From Octopus bimaculoides (lineage: Eukaryota), in NCBI RefSeq assembly GCF_001194135.2, contig NC_068998.1, positions 10,742,378 through 10,781,930 of the forward strand: 39,553 nt of DNA, written 5' to 3'. Shown one piece after another: positions 13,177-23,819 of the stretch (positions are counted from its first letter, which is position 1; every line of letters starts with the position of its first letter). The translations under genes and the position numbers were made by a program. The notes beneath the pieces were generated by a model. It was given only the letters and a program-made list of their open reading frames with translations, searched no databases and had not been told where the DNA came from.

Positions 13177-13365
13177 TAGTGATTTTAAGTTTTGGCACAA
13201 AACCAGCAATTTTAGGGAAAGGTGTAAGTCGATGTCATCAGCTCTAGCGCTCGACTTGTACTTATTTTATCGACTCCGAAAGGATAAAAGGCAAAGTCGA
13301 CTTCAACGGCATCTGAATTCAGAACGTAAAAAACTAAACGGACGAAATGCTAACGAGTCTGTCCG
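13177..13365 (-). mobile_element. SINE family C, diverged
   Basis: ttttggcacaa...cttattttatcgactccgaaaggataaaaggcaaagtcgac...gaattcagaacgtaaa. Confidence 0.75.
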
Positions 13366-13756
13366 TTTGCTACCTTTATTGACCCCAGAATAATATAAAG
13401 CAAATTCCACATCCGCATAATTCGAAATAAGAACGTTCAAATATTTAGACGAATACCGAAAACCATTTTGTCTGTCGGTTTTCTGTCTAACTACTCACCA
13501 TCGTATTAAACTTCTATAATGACATTTTGAATATAACAGTCTTTTGTATTTTTTTTTCTTATAATGGCTTTGTTATATAAGAAGCATCACCAAATTATTT
13601 CACGGCCTTCGTAACTGGAGGGAAGAAGGGATGAAATTATCCTCAGATACGAAACCCTGGTCGAAATGTTTGCAATAGAGCAAGCTCTGTAGAAGGTGCT
13701 GAAGGGCCAGGTAATGGAAATAAGCCAAGTAAAAGATTAAGTCCACATGGTCTTCC

Positions 13757-13910
13757 ATGCCGTTTCTATCTGCCAAAATGTCTCTTTCAAAGGTTTGGTC
13801 GACCCGAGTTAGTGGTAGGAGAGATTTGTCAAGGCTACTGCACAGTAGTATCGAACTCGAAAGCCCATAGTTGTGAAGCAAGTTATTAGTTATACAGTAA
13901 TGTCTGCGCC
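13757..13910 (-). mobile_element. Degenerate SINE family D head
   Basis: gtttctatctgccaaa...aaggtttggtcgacccgag...gaagcaagttattagttatacagtaatgtctgcgcc resembles the D consensus. Confidence 0.5.
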
Positions 13911-14068
13911 CATGTTAAAGTTCGTGCCAACATTTGATAGAGAGAGCATTAAAAAATCTGTAAATATTTAAGTGAAAATGCAAAGATTTATATTAATGAG
14001 CACCGTTATTTCGGTGTGTTTGCATCAAGTACGGGAGATAACCCTGGATATGTTTTGGTATTATTATC

Positions 14069-14517
14069 TAAGGCGGCAAGCTAGCAGAACCGTTTGCACA
14101 CCGGATAAAATACTTAGCGGCATTTCATGTCTTTATGTTCTGAATTCAAATTCCACCGAGGTCGACTTTGCCTATTATCCTTTCGGGGTCGATAAAATAA
14201 GTACCAGTTGAACATTTTGGTCAACGTATCCGACTTTTCCCTTCCCTCAAAAGCTGCTGGCCCTGTGCCAAAATTTGAAACCATTATCACCTCATTATAA
14301 GGCAGCGAGCTGGTAGCATCGCTATCACGCTCTCCGAAATGTTTAGCGGCAGTTCTTCCGGCTCTACGATCTCGGTTCAAATCTCGCTGAGGTCAACTTT
14401 GCCTTTAATCCTTTGGAGGTTGTTAAAATAAGCACTAGTCGCGCACCAGGTTCCATGCAATCGACTAGCCCACTTCCCCAAAATTTCTAGCCCTGTGCCA
14501 ATCGCAGAAAGAATTAC
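14069..14517 (+). mobile_element. Two tandem full-length SINE family C copies (14069-14287, 14298-14517)
   Basis: Both begin TAAGGC(G/A)GC, contain the B-box-like GTTCAAAT and the gcctt..tcctttcggggtcgataaaataag core, and end with the ...gtgcca... tail. Confidence 0.8.
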
Positions 14518-14666
14518 TATCACATCATCAGCTCCTGGTAGCTTTTGATAAACCCGACCTGAAATATGCTAACACTAACTAAACTATTCTTTTTTCAAGA
14601 GATTGGCGTTCCTATTTATTTTATAACAATATTAGCGAACGTAAGAACCTCGACCATCCATTATGA

Positions 14667-15100
14667 GAAGCACCACCAAATTATTTTCACGACCTTCGTA
14701 ACTAGAGGGAAGAAAGGATGAAGTTATCCTCGGATAGGAAACATTGGTCAAAATGGTTGCAATAGAGCAAGCTCTGTAGAAGGTACAGAAGGGTCAGGTA
14801 ACGGTAGCAAGCCGAGTAGTGTCGCTAGTCGAACCACCAATTATAGTTCCGAAGGCTGCTGGAAAACTGCTTTACCCTCAGTTTCAGAAGCGAATAACGA
14901 CAGAGCTTCTACCCGAGCAGTACTGTCTCATCATCTTATGAGGACCAGATAGGGATGGGAAATGAGCAAAAGGGGCAAATTGCCACTGAGAGCATCAAAG
15001 GTAAAACGAGAAGACTTCAAAGAAGAAAAATTTACCTAATCATAGGTCTGCCCAATTAGAGTCCGCCTAGGGCTAAACCACCAACACCACCACCACTATT
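14667..15100 (+). mobile_element. Probable non-LTR retrotransposon 3' end with (CAA/CAC)n tail; its 5' 150 bp recur at 13581-13731
   Basis: About 150-bp direct repeat pair 1086 bp apart. Translation LRNWREEGMKLSSD.K.WSK.LQ* resembles LINE C-termini (NWR...A.DR..W). Ends ...gtccgcctagggctaaac followed by caccaacaccac. Confidence 0.4.
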
Positions 15101-15546
15101 ATCACCACCACCATCACAACAACTGTTACTACATGTTTCATCGATTAATTCACTAAGGAGATAACACATTCGATTATATTCGTATTAAACCTGTTAGATT
15201 TTCCTTGTATTTGATAACAGTGAAGTGGCTGGAGTTTTATGACAGAAGATGGGTAAATACTTAAAATACGTTAACAGGTAGAAGCTTATAGCATATTGAT
15301 TTTAATCTGATCACAGCTAATTCACAAATAAGTAATGAACCAAATTTAAGGAAATATTCTTAAACATTGACAACTTAATCCTGTTTAAGCTTCATATTTG
15401 TGTCTAAGCAATTGTCTTCGTTATCGCATTCATTCACAGGTGTTGTGGACTTCATAAATCTTCGTTAAATAAAATTGAATATATTTTTTAGATATTTTAA
15501 AGAATTTCATAAAGCTTACATAATCCCTTTGTCAAGAATATTTTTC

Positions 15547-15582
15547 TATATAAAGAGAAGTCTGTTAGTCTGTGGTACATTC
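15547..15582 (+). promoter_or_regulatory. Candidate TATA box with initiator-like element
   Basis: TATATAAAG at 15547-15555 and CATT(C) at 15578-15582, so A15579 lies 30 nt from TATAAA at 15549 and 25 nt upstream of the ATG. Alternative reading: tcttctttcag| at 15591 is a splice acceptor of a 5'UTR intron. Confidence 0.45.
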
Positions 15583-15603
15583 TTCTTTCAGTGAACTCTC
15601 ACC

Positions 15604-15658
15604 ATGAAGATTGTATTGCTCCTAGTTAGCTGCCTGTGTGCCGTTGTCTTCTGTCAGA
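15604..15658 (+). CDS. Exon 1 (signal peptide) of a secreted PAN-PAN-VWD-C8-TIL-EGF-VWA protein (zonadhesin/FCGBP/VWF-like)
   Basis: accATG start context. Translates MKIVLLLVSCLCAVVFCQ, a basic residue followed by a hydrophobic core. Ends at a consensus donor A|GTAAGT in phase 1, matching the phase-1 acceptor of exon 2. Too short to appear in the ORF track. Confidence 0.8.
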
Positions 15659-15687
15659 GTAAGTAGAATTTTGACTTGGTAGAATTT

Positions 15688-16004
15688 GGAACCTCGGTTT
15701 CCGAAATTAATTCGTTCCTGAAGGTCGTTCGTCACCCGAAATGTTCGTCCACCGAAACTATTTTTCCCTTAAGAAATTCAAGAGAAGGCATGGCGAATTC
15801 GAGCGGGTATGTCCACTGAGCCAAAGTTAGACAACAACCAACATTCTCTTTCTGATACTTCCAGCTTTGTCGCCAACATTTGTTCCTGGCTTGCGTGTTT
15901 GTTATTCGAGACACCGTTCGTCACCCCGAGACTTTATATTTGAAAAATTGTTCGTAAATCGATTTATTTGTGATGAGAGGCATTCGTAAACCGAGCTTCC
16001 GCTG
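15688..16004. mobile_element. Tigger/pogo (Tc1-mariner)-type MITE in intron 1
   Basis: GGAACCTCGGTTTCCGAA at the left and TTCGTAAACCGAGCTTCCGCTG|TA at the right are inverted repeats. The right end has CTG plus TA; the outermost left bases are missing. Confidence 0.6.
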
Positions 16005-16132
16005 TATTTCTTTCATGTGTGACTAACACGCGATTTGTAATGCAAGAAGTGACAAACTATGTTCACATTTAGTCGATACAACATGACTTCTACTCTCCTC
16101 TCAAGCCAGTTTTTTTTTATCTTTCACTTCTG

Positions 16133-16957
16133 TCTTTTACTTGTTTCGGTCATTGGACTGCGGCCATGCTGAGGCATCATCTTGAAGGGTTTAGTCGAAC
16201 AAATCGTTCCCAGTACATTTTTTAAAAGTTTTGTATTTACGTTTTTTCGTCTTTTTAGCAGAGCCAACCGCTCCGTTACGGAGACGTCAACAAACAACGA
16301 CACAAAGACAGACAGGCAGACACACACACACACTCACACCTACACATACACACACATATATATACTATATACAACGAGCTTCCAGACAGTTTCCGTCTAT
16401 CAAAATCACTCACAAAGCATGGGTCAGCCCGGGCCTATAGTAGAAAACAGACGCCCAAATTTTGCACAGTGGGACTGAATCCAAACTATGTGCTTGCAAA
16501 ACATGCTTCTTAACCATAGCCATGCACCTGCCAGCACAAGACTAGAAATTGCCAAACTCAAAGAAAATTCTAGAATAAGAGACTGGTAGATTCCAATGGC
16601 AGTAAAGTGTTCTTTTATCCTTTACTTGTTTCTGTCATCAGACCGTGGCCATGCTGGGGTACCGCTTTGAAGAATTTTAGTCAAACGGATCGACCCCAGT
16701 GCTTAGTTTTTAAAAGCCTGGTACTTATTCTATCGGTGTATTTTGCCGAAGCGCTAAGTTACGGTTTGTCAAGCGGTGGGATGGGGGACAAACACACATA
16801 CACACACATATACGACGGGCTTCTCTCAGTTTCCGCCTACCAGATATGATCACAGGGCCTTGGTCGGCCCGAGGCTACAGTAGAAGACACTTGCTCAATG
16901 TGCGACGCAGTGGGACTGAACCCGGAACTAAGTAGTTGAGAAGCAAACTCCTTACTG
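16133..16957 (-). mobile_element. Two tandem SINE family D copies (16133-16530, 16611-16957)
   Basis: Each starts tcttttacttgtttc.gtca..gac..ggccatgctg, has an internal (CA)/(TA)n tract and ends in the reverse-complemented tRNA-like head. Confidence 0.82.
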
Positions 16958-18690
16958 GGACATCAGGCCTGACGAGTAGGCAAGTGAATATCGATATCGT
17001 GTCCTGCTACCAATGCCACGGCATGTTTCTCCTAAGAGTAATTTCTACAAATTTTGTAAGACAGGAAGATGCAAGATCTTAGTATATATAAGAAGTTAAA
17101 ATAATTTCTCAATAATAGATTATAATATTAGGCAAGTCATTCACCTCTGATGCAGACAGTCTGAACTTCAATTAGACCATCTAGATATCGTGCGATTTTA
17201 TAACAAAGTCGATACCAATTTTATTATTAACAATGACTCATGTACTAAGTGAGTATATAGGTACTTGTTTAGTACATTAGATGCGGTTAGGTTTATGGTA
17301 TATCTGATGAGGATTTTATAAACTTGCTGTGAAGATTCTCCCATGAGAGAAACCTATAATAATTCAGAGTTTTTTATCAAGAGAAATGAGAGAACCTTTT
17401 TCATTCAAAAGGGTGAAAACTAGAATAAGCTCGGGAATATTTCAGTTATACCGCAAGCGGCTTGCTACTTTTGTGAAGAGAGTGTCCTGACAGCCAAGAG
17501 GGTTTAAAACAAGACCTGTTGAAAGGTAGATGACTTTCCTGTGAGCCAACGGCCATCCAGTTGGGAAAGGCAATGACAAACTACCCCAGTATCTCTGTCA
17601 AGGAAACAGCATGATAAAAACAGAACGAAGTAACGCTATAGCTTCACCCGATGGGAGAGCTCGCGCTTATCGGGAAAGCTTTCGTTGTAATGTTGTTAAT
17701 TTGGGGCCCTAGCCTGTGTATAGACTATGGATGATTAAATTACAACAGTGGTTATAATCCATTGTTTGTATCATAGTGCATTGTTGTGTCATTCAAAACA
17801 TTTTATTCTTTACGTAATTCTTTGTTTGTATGTTGTTTTTTAATTTTTTAAAATCTTTTTATACTAGACACTACGCCCGATGGATTGAACCGTTACCGAA
17901 GGGATATTAAGTATGATAAATACTTAATGAACGTTGAAATACCTGGAAGTAAGTATTCCTGCCTTTCTTCCTGCTGCCCTCCCTTCTTTCCTTCTTTCTT
18001 TCCTTTCTCGGTGGGGGCTTTTCTTTCTATATGGAGTCGTAGAAGCATTGTCGTATAATATACGGCTGGTCTTAGCGTCGGGTGGGGAAACAGCATTTTA
18101 TAAACCTGGTTGAACCTCTTCTTCTCTATGTCTAATCACAGCCGATTTCTCCCAGAGGGAGAGAGAAACGCGAGTGGGACAAAGTGAGGTAAAGAGAAAG
18201 AATAAGATAGGAATAAAGCGGAGCCTGACTAGAATCAAGATTAAAACCGGTTCTCGTATGTCAAATCAGTGCATCTCAGGGATTCTTTTATCTCTACCAA
18301 ATTAAAAGAAGCTTATAAATTCATATACTAAAAGAACATGGCCCATTTCTGCTTCACTTTTTCTATATACACCAAACCAAAGAGAAGTTTTTGTTTTTTA
18401 TAATTCTCTTTTTATTTTCTAATTTACTCACCTGTTCGTCTGAACTGATTCTTATAACATGAATGCTATTGAAAGTTTCTTTTTACAGCCGAAACGGTGC
18501 AAGGTTTCGACCAACTATTGGTCATTTCAAGAACTGTATGCATTCATTTCGATAATTTCTATCCATGTTCTTAATCAAGGGATCTTAATTATACAGTATA
18601 TTTCTTGTTGATAAGTTTCCCTACGCATTTGTGCGCAGAAGCTTTTACAAACACTTTGTAATCTTTCTTTTTTTTCTTTCTTTTTTTTTT

Positions 18691-19065
18691 ATCTTTTACT
18701 TGTTTCAGTCAATAAAACTGCAGTACCACCTGGAAGATATTTTTAGTTGAACAAATCGATCCCAGCCCTGTTTTTTTTATTTTATTTTATTTTTTTAAGC
18801 CTAGTACTTATTCTATCTGTCTCTGTTGACTAACTTTTAAGTTACAGAGACATAAACACCGGTTGTCAAGTGGTGCAATGGGGAAAACACGCGCGCGCAC
18901 GCGACAGACTTCTTTCAGTTTCTGTCTACCAAATCCACTTACAAGGCTTTGGTCGGCCCGAGGCTATAGTAGAAGACACCTGCCCAAGGTGCGACGAAGT
19001 GGGGATGAACCTGAAACCGTGTGGTTGGGAAGCAAACTTCATACCGCACAGCCACGCTTGCTCCT
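18691..19065 (-). mobile_element. SINE family D
   Basis: atcttttacttgtttcagtc...ccggttgtcaagtgg...acaaggctttggtcggcccgaggctatagtagaagacac...cacagccacgcttg. Confidence 0.82.
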
Positions 19066-19860
19066 ATTGTTAATAAAATTATTCTAATGTATAGTGACCC
19101 CTTTGTCAATTTTACTTTAGCCTATATTACAAATACCATTTTAAAGAATAATCGTCTATTCGGTCCGCAAGATCTAGTTTGNNNNNNNNNNNNNNNNNNN
19201 NNNNNNNNNNNNNNNNNNNNNNNNNNNNNNNNNNNNNNNNNNNNNNNNNNNNNNNNNNNNNNNNNNNNNNNNNNNNNNNNNNNNNNNNNNNNNNNNNNNN
19301 NNNNNNNNNNNNNNNNNNNNNNNNNNNNNNNNNNNNNNNNNNNNNNNNNNNNNNNNNNNNNNNNNNNNNNNNNNNNNNNNNNNNNNNNNNNNNNNNNNNN
19401 NNNNNNNNNNNNNNNNNNNNNNNNNNNNNNNNNNNNNNNNNNNNNNNNNNNNNNNNNNNNNNNNNNNNNNNNNNNNNNNNNNNNNNNNNNNNNNNNNNNN
19501 NNNNNNNNNNNNNNNNNNNNNNNNNNNNNNNNNNNNNNNNNNNNNNNNNNNNNNNNNNNNNNNNNNNNNNNNNNNNNNNNNNNNNNNNNNNNNNNNNNNN
19601 NNNNNNNNNNNNNNNNNNNNNNNNNNNNNNNNNNNNNNNNNNNNNNNNNNNNNNNNNNNNNNNNNNNNNNNNNNNNNNNNNNNNNNNNNNNNNNNNNNNN
19701 NNNNNNNNNNNNNNNNNNNNNNNNNNNNNNNNNNNNNNNNNNNNNNNNNNNNNNNNNNNNNNNNNNNNNNNNNNNNNNNNNNNNNNNNNNNNNNNNNNNN
19801 NNNNNNNNNNNNNNNNNNNNNNNNNNNNNNNNNNNNNNNNNNNNNNNNNNNNNNNNNNNN

Positions 19861-20052
19861 ATTACCGCTCCGGGCAAAATGCTTAGTGGTATTTCGTCCG
19901 CCTATACGTTCTAGGTTCAAATTCCGCCGTGATCGACTTTACCTTTCATCCTTTCGAGAACGATAAAATAAGTACCAGTTGAGCACTGATGTCTATGTAA
20001 TCGACTCACTTCCTTCTCCGAAATTGCTGGCCTTCTGCCAAAATTTGAAACC
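19861..20052 (+). mobile_element. SINE family C (5' end in gap)
   Basis: cgggcaaaatgcttagtggtatttcg...ggttcaaattccgccg...gccaaaatttgaaacc. Confidence 0.8.
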
Positions 20053-20141
20053 TTTGATTTGAAAGGGGGGGAAAAAACCTAGAAATTGTGTGTTCTGTGT
20101 TATTTTTTTTCTCATTGTTTGTTTTCTTCTTCTTCTTCCAG

Positions 20142-20381
20142 GTGTCATTACGAAAACATGGTTTATTGAAGTCAAGTACTGTTACGTACCACTCCACACC
20201 TATATCGACATTCACAGAAACATGTCGCTCAAAGACTGTGCTTACCAATGTCTTCTTACGCACGGTTGTCGGTCATTCGAATTTGGGAGAAAGAATAACA
20301 ACTGTTTCCTCTCTTACCACAATGGGCAACAAACCAAGGCCAAATACAGCCACTATAGAGATTTCTACCAGTTGCTTAACC
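20142..20381 (+). CDS. Exon 2: PAN/apple domain 1
   Basis: Pyrimidine tract ending cttccag|, donor C|GTAAGT, phase 1-1, 240 nt. Translates VITKTWFIEVKYCYVPLHTYIDIHRNMSLKDCAYQCLLTHGCRSFEFGRKNNNCFLSYHNGQQTKAKYSHYRDFYQLLN, with the PAN pattern S-x-x-x-C-x3-C...C-x-S-F-x-F...C-x-L...DFY. Confidence 0.9.
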
Positions 20382-20441
20382 GTAAGTATTCTAGAGTTAA
20401 ACTATTCTTAACATATTTTGTAGAGGGATTATTAAAACAAC

Positions 20442-20831
20442 TGTGGAGGTGCAATGGCCCAGTGGTTAGGGCAGCGGACTCGCGGTCATAGGATCGCGGT
20501 TTCGATTCCCAGACCGGGCGTTGTGAGTGTTTATTGAGCGAAAACACCTAAAGCTCCACGAGGCCCCGGCAGGGGATGGTGGCGAACCCTGCTGTGCTCT
20601 TTCACCACAACTTTCTCTCACTCTTACTTCCTGTTTCTGTTGTGCCTGTAATTCAAAGGGGCAGCCTTGTCACGCTCTGTGTCACGCTGAATATCCCCCC
20701 GAGAACTACGTTAAGGGTACACGTGTCTGTGGAGTGTTCAGCCACTTGCACGTTAATTTCACGAGCAGGCTGTTCCGTTGATCGGATCAACTGGAACCCT
20801 CGTCGTCGTAAGCGACGGAGGGCCAACAACA
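20442..20831 (+). mobile_element. tRNA-derived SINE, family A, full length
   Basis: TGTGGAGG start, A box TGGCCCAGTGG, B-box-like GGTTTCGATTCC, 3' hairpin CGTCG-TCGTAAG-CGACG, (CAA)n tail. 11-bp TSD with one mismatch: ATTAAAACAAC (20431-20441) and ATTAAAACAGC (20832-20842). Confidence 0.9.
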
Positions 20832-20864
20832 ATTAAAACAGCAATCGCAATGTCAATCATTGAG

Positions 20865-21566
20865 TAAGGCGGCGAGCTGGCGGAATCGTTAGCAGGCCGG
20901 GTAAAATGCTCAGCAACATTTCGTCTGTCTTTACTTTCTGAGTTCAAATTCCGCCAGTGTCGATTTTTGTCTTTCATCTTTTCGGAGTCGATAAAGTAAG
21001 CATCAGTGGAACACCGGAGTCAATGTAATCGACTTAACCCTCGACGATGTTGCTGGCCTTGTGCCGAAATTTGAAATCAGTATTAACCATTGAGTAGCAT
21101 TATCTATGATATTCTTTTCTACTCTAGGCACAAGACCCGAAATTTTTAGAGAGGGAGCCAGTCGATTAGATCGACCCAAGTAGGCAACTGGTACTTAATT
21201 TATCGACCCCCGAAAGGATGAAAAAGCAAAGTCGACCTCGGTGGAATTTGAACTCAGAACGTAAAGACAGACGAAATACTGCTAAGCATTTCGCCCGGCG
21301 TGCTAACGTTTCTGCCAGCTTGCTGCCTTATTTATCTATGACATCATTAAGGCGGTGATTTGGCAGAATCGTGAGCATGTCAGATAATGCTTAATGGCAT
21401 TTCTTCCGGCTTTACGCCCAGAGTTCAAATTCTACCGGGGTCGACTTTACCCTTAATTCTTTCGAGATCGATAAAATAAGCATCAATTGAGCACATGCAT
21501 CAATGTGATCGACTATTCCTCTCCCAGCAAATTCCAGGCGTTGGGCCTATAATAGAAAGAATTATC
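20865..21566. mobile_element. Three SINE family C copies: 20865-21080 (+), 21110-21330 (-), 21348-21566 (+)
   Basis: Consensus matches. The minus copy is flanked by TTATCTATGA (21100-21109 and 21332-21341), a likely TSD. Confidence 0.85.
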
Positions 21567-21610
21567 TGTGTTATTGTTTCTCCCCACATGAGTTCGAGTA
21601 TTATGCTTAA

Positions 21611-21874
21611 CTATGGAACCAAATCAAAGACTATAATCGAATTCTTTTTAACGTAACGAGAGAAGAATGTTGGGCGTTTAACAATGAAATCAAAGACATT
21701 GTGGCAATCTCTAATGTAACAAATGAAAGTTATCCATCCGTCTTCTCTGCATACTATTCGTAGGAGGGTTATGAATGTAGTGCTCAGGTATCTTCTCCAT
21801 AGGGTCCTATCAGAAGTAGCCGTCATTATATTTTCCGGCTGGGTTCCCTTGTGACCAACTGAGACTATGGGCAT
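21611..21874 (-). mobile_element. Possible degenerate Penelope-like reverse transcriptase remnant
   Basis: LWRRYLSTTFI...EDGWITFICYIRDCHNVFDFIV resembles WxRYxDDTFxI...E.L..F...LN..H..IKFT. The catalytic DD is not preserved, so this is weak. Confidence 0.35.
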
Positions 21875-22674
21875 TTTCCAGCCATCTCGTTCTTGGTCTA
21901 CTCTTTTGGTCTCCTGCCTTTTGGCTCGGCTTAAAGGATCCGCCCTGCAGTTCTTTCCTGCGACGTTCTAATCACAATGAGGAGAAATAGCGGCTCGATT
22001 TGGAGAAACTTCCGGATCTTTCAACTACACATCCCATCTTGTAACCTTCTTCTAGAAATCCTTAAAAATAAGGATATTTATAACATGGGATATTTCCTCG
22101 GATCCTGCTGGCTTTAATTACCTCGCCTAATGTGTGAAATAATCCCAGATCTTTAGATCTTTTTTTATGTCCTCAACAGCAAGCCATGGACTTCACCATA
22201 TCTGCCAGAGTAAAGTTGCAAGAATATAGGCTAGCAACGTAATCAAATAGAATTGTTCAAATAATTACTTGACACTTTCTCTTTGATACTATGATTACTC
22301 GTATGTATAGCTAATTATCAATGGCCAGTTCTGGTTATCTTAGACAACAAATATAAGTATCTGATACCTAATTTCTCAGCAACAATATAAAACGAAGCAA
22401 TGTAAATGAAATAAAGTGATCTACCGATTTTAAACCCAACGAAAAGCATGCAGTTGATTTGAACTCGTGGACTATTTGTAAGCAATAAGGTGGCGGCAGA
22501 TCTGTAGAGTCATTAGATCGTCGGTAAAAAAAAATACCTTATGTTATTTGTTTTGTCTGTTTTCGTACTGAGTTCAAATCCTACCGAAGTCAACTTTCGT
22601 TTTGATTCCTTCCGGGTCGAGTGAAGTCTGTGCTTTTGTTTTATATTTTTTGTCCACCCTTTTTTTTCCTTGTC

Positions 22675-22755
22675 ATCGTCGTCATCCTCATTACCCTCAC
22701 CACCACCACCACCACCATCATCATCATAATTTATGTCGTCATCATCGTCATCATT
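22675..22755. repeat. (CAT)/(CAC)n microsatellite
   Basis: Direct inspection. Similar tracts at about 15080-15120 and 28140-28200. Confidence 0.9.
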
Positions 22756-22829
22756 CCTGTTTACGTCGTCAACACGATTTAGAATTTTTACTTTGTTTAA
22801 TTTTTTTTTTTTTTTTTTCATTATTCCAG

Positions 22830-23060
22830 CTAATGAAGAATATATCAAGATACTCGGAGTTTCAATCAGAGATCATGACCTGGAGAGACTACGCAACGTC
22901 AGTGTGGAAGAATGTCTTGATAAATGCAGGACTTTGCCATACTGTAATGTGATGGAATACAAAAAACAGCATAACAAATGTGACTTATCGAACGTGACTT
23001 ATTCTAAATATCCGCTCAGTGTGAACTTCTTTGGTTGGGACTTCTACCAGAAGAATCCGA
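22830..23060 (+). CDS. Exon 3: PAN/apple domain 2
   Basis: Poly-T tract then ttccag|, donor A|GTACGT, phase 1-1, 231 nt. Translates NEEYIKILGVSIRDHDLERLRNVSVEECLDKCRTLPYCNVMEYKKQHNKCDLSNVTYSKYPLSVNFFGWDFYQKNP, with four PAN core cysteines and the terminal WDFY motif. Confidence 0.9.
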
Positions 23061-23113
23061 GTACGTGGCCCAAGTTCCTTTAAAATTATAATTTAGCTTA
23101 TTATACCACCTGA

Positions 23114-23505
23114 TGTGGAGGCGCAATGGCCCAGTGGTTAGGGCAGCGGACTCGCGGTCATAGGATCGCGGTTTCGATTCTCAGACCGGGCGCTGTGAGT
23201 GTTTATTGAGCGAAAACACCTAAAAGCCCCACGAGGCTCCGGCAGGGGATGGTGGCGAACCCTGCTGTACTCTTTCACCACAACATTCTCTCACTCTTAC
23301 TTCCTGTTTCTGTTGTGCCTGTAATGCAAAAGGGTCAGCCTTGTCACACTCTGTGTCACGCTGAATCTCCCCGAGAACTACATTAAGGGTACACGTGTAT
23401 GTGGAGTGCTCAGCCATTTACACGTTAATTTCACGAGCAGGCTGTTCCGTTGATCGGATCAACTGGAACCCTCGACGTCGTAAGCGACGGAGTGCCGACA
23501 ACAAC
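23114..23505 (+). mobile_element. tRNA-derived SINE, family A, full length
   Basis: Same head, body and tail as 20442. Perfect 11-bp TSD ATACCACCTGA at 23103-23113 and 23506-23516. Confidence 0.92.
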
Positions 23506-23516
23506 ATACCACCTGA

Positions 23517-23760
23517 AGGCGCCTGACCTAGTAGTTAGAGGTGTTGCTTTTACGATCTCAAGATCGTGGTTTCAATTCCCAGACCGGGCGGTGAACTGTA
23601 TTCTCGAGCACAACACTTCTTTTCACATTGCTTTAGTAACGTTCTCTCGTTGTAAATGAGTTACCCTGCGCTAGACTTGGAGTGGTGTGATTTGATTTTC
23701 CTCACTTACACGCCATGGAAACTGAGTGACAAGCTCTATGAGTCTTATAACTCGAGACAG
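23517..23760 (+). mobile_element. Degenerate family B-like SINE
   Basis: Diverged head (aggcgcctgacctagtagttagaggtg...ggtttcaattcccagaccgggcg), CORE-like centre and cgccatggaaac...tatgagtc tail. Confidence 0.6.
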
Positions 23761-23819
23761 TAATGTCCAGAGGAACTTCCTTATCATGAGAGAGGAACAT
23801 AGCTCACTAGGCTTGCTTT

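Noticed and set aside
13600-13881. Minus ORF with FHY...LYCKHF resembling a THAP zinc finger
   Set aside because: Spacing is too short, the conserved W and N-terminal CxxxxC are missing, and the region is made of repeat fragments.
18425-18660. Acceptor-like ttttacag (+) and donor-like GTGAGT (-) in intron 1, as an extra exon or nested gene
   Set aside because: Every frame on both strands hits a stop within about 40 codons, with no PAN-like cysteine pattern.
20442-20520. tRNA-like sequences with A and B boxes (all SINE heads)
   Set aside because: No complete acceptor stem or cloverleaf. They continue into SINE bodies with tails and TSDs, so they are not tRNA genes.
20527-20836. Recurrent similar short ORFs (MFIERKHLK..., MVANPAV..., MRESCGE..., ...QIHSQGFGRPEAIVEDTCPRC...) suggesting a multigene family
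   Set aside because: They recur because they are frames of SINE families A and D.
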